From Amoeboaphelidium protococcarum X5 (lineage: Eukaryota; Fungi; Aphelidiomycota), in assembly GCA_023515725.1 (NCBI GenBank), contig JALDTO010000146.1, positions 124,001-188,000 of the forward strand: a DNA stretch of 64,000 nt, given 5' to 3'. Each line of letters opens with the position of its first letter. Position 1 is the stretch's first letter. Below, one piece after another: positions 62,946 through 64,000 of the stretch. The position numbers and the translations under genes are program-made. The notes under the pieces were generated by a model that was not told the origin of the DNA, made no database searches, and saw only the letters and a program-made list of their open reading frames with translations.

Positions 62946-64000
62946 ATGGGAACCATCTTCACAACACCAACTCATCAGTTTATATTTGGTGTGAATTATT
63001 ATCTATTTGCCTATTCTATAAATATATATTTTTTTATTCTAGTAGGTTCATCCACCACAAGTTGACTCTATTTATTAATTTGATACATCATCCTGTCAAT
63101 AACTGACCACCCAAAGATATTACAACTGTTGCGAAATGCATGGAAACTCTAATTAGGGCGGCTTACATCAAAAGAATGAACATCTACCAGATAGCCTAAA
63201 TGGCCAGAAATTGAATGTAAAGATGGAAGATTAAGACAGTGTAGAAAATATGTATATCGCTTAGTCTGAGACGCTGCAGGTGAGAAGTAAGTTGACACAC
63301 AGTCAGTCTGAAGCAGATTATTCAGCTCCGACAATCTTTTAACACGGAGCAGCTTTGAATAATCAGTTTAGCGGTGTAAAGTTGGCAATGTTGGACACAT
63401 CACAGTCTGTACCGAATTCGCCGGCCAATTATTTACGCTCTAGTTTCGATAATGCTGCACTGTCTCCCTTGTAATAGCAGCAGCATGGTGCCTCTGCAAT
63501 GTCACCCATATCTTCTTCCTTTAATGCTAGTGGTGCCGGCGTGTTGGATTTTGCATCACTGCTAAAATAAAATAGTCTTTTTGCATCTATATCCCGCGAT
63601 GGTAATGACTCTGCTTCTCAGTAGTAATTTATAGACTCAATAGCTGCCAAGATGCGAATCCGCAACTACCAAGTTGGTGATGTTATTATTCGAGAAGGAG
63701 ATATTGGTAAAGCGTTATTTCTGGTTGCTCGCGGTGTTGTTACGGTCTTGTCCAAGGACAATGAGATGGTATACGCTGATCTTGGGCCGGGCACCTTTGT
63801 AGGAGAGATTGGAGTCTTGTTTGATATTCCTCGCACGGCCAACGTGGTGGCCAAGTCTCGGTGTATGCTGGCCGTTTTGACACAGTAGGAGTTTCTGTAA
63901 ATTGTTAACAAGTACACTGAGTTTGCTGATGACTTGAGATTTGAAGCTGAGAGACGTTACAATTCCTTGATGTAACAGAAGAAGATTAAGATCTCCTTAT
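62946..64000 (+). CDS. Cyclic-nucleotide-binding domain protein, 3' partial; probable intron 62991-63042 (alternative start 63136)
   Basis: IIREGDIGKALFLVARG..GTFVGEIGVLFDIPRTANVVA; frame open from 63043 to window end. Confidence 0.82.

Noticed and set aside
1-64000. Mass pseudogenisation or many tiny introns as the cause of fragmented ORFs
   Set aside because: Interruptions in conserved genes are only TAA/TAG, keep frame, and fall on conserved Gln positions.

Overview
Gene-dense, intron-poor eukaryotic genomic DNA that uses a non-standard nuclear code: TAA and TAG are read as Gln and TGA is the only stop (translation table 6). The supplied ORF track is therefore fragmented; I re-read all frames by hand with TAR=Gln, which gives about 27 intact genes. 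The proteins are fungal-like (NTH1, Cdc25 RasGEF, SEC63, PAN2, RSE1, GCD6, IWR1, ERG10, GPD, ANTH adaptor) but include genes budding yeast lacks (INTS6, UVSSA-like). That combination points to an aphelid such as Amoeboaphelidium protococcarum (inference). The most distinctive content is a pair of single-pass receptor-like kinases (signal peptide, SBBP-type beta-propeller, poly-Thr stalk, TM, conserved PTxYxIx[IV]PAF juxtamembrane motif, kinase); one is cut off after kinase subdomain IX, with a possible decayed remainder in frame behind its TGA. Also notable are an MscL-like channel, an orphan secreted EF-hand/Cys-rich protein with a dibasic site and hydrophobic tail, a CNH-less Vps39-like gene, one tRNA-Ile(AAT), and a ~3.7-kb decayed zone holding a Ty3/gypsy gag relic and pseudogenes. 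All coordinates and translations are manual; family assignments come from recalled motifs, and no database searches were run.
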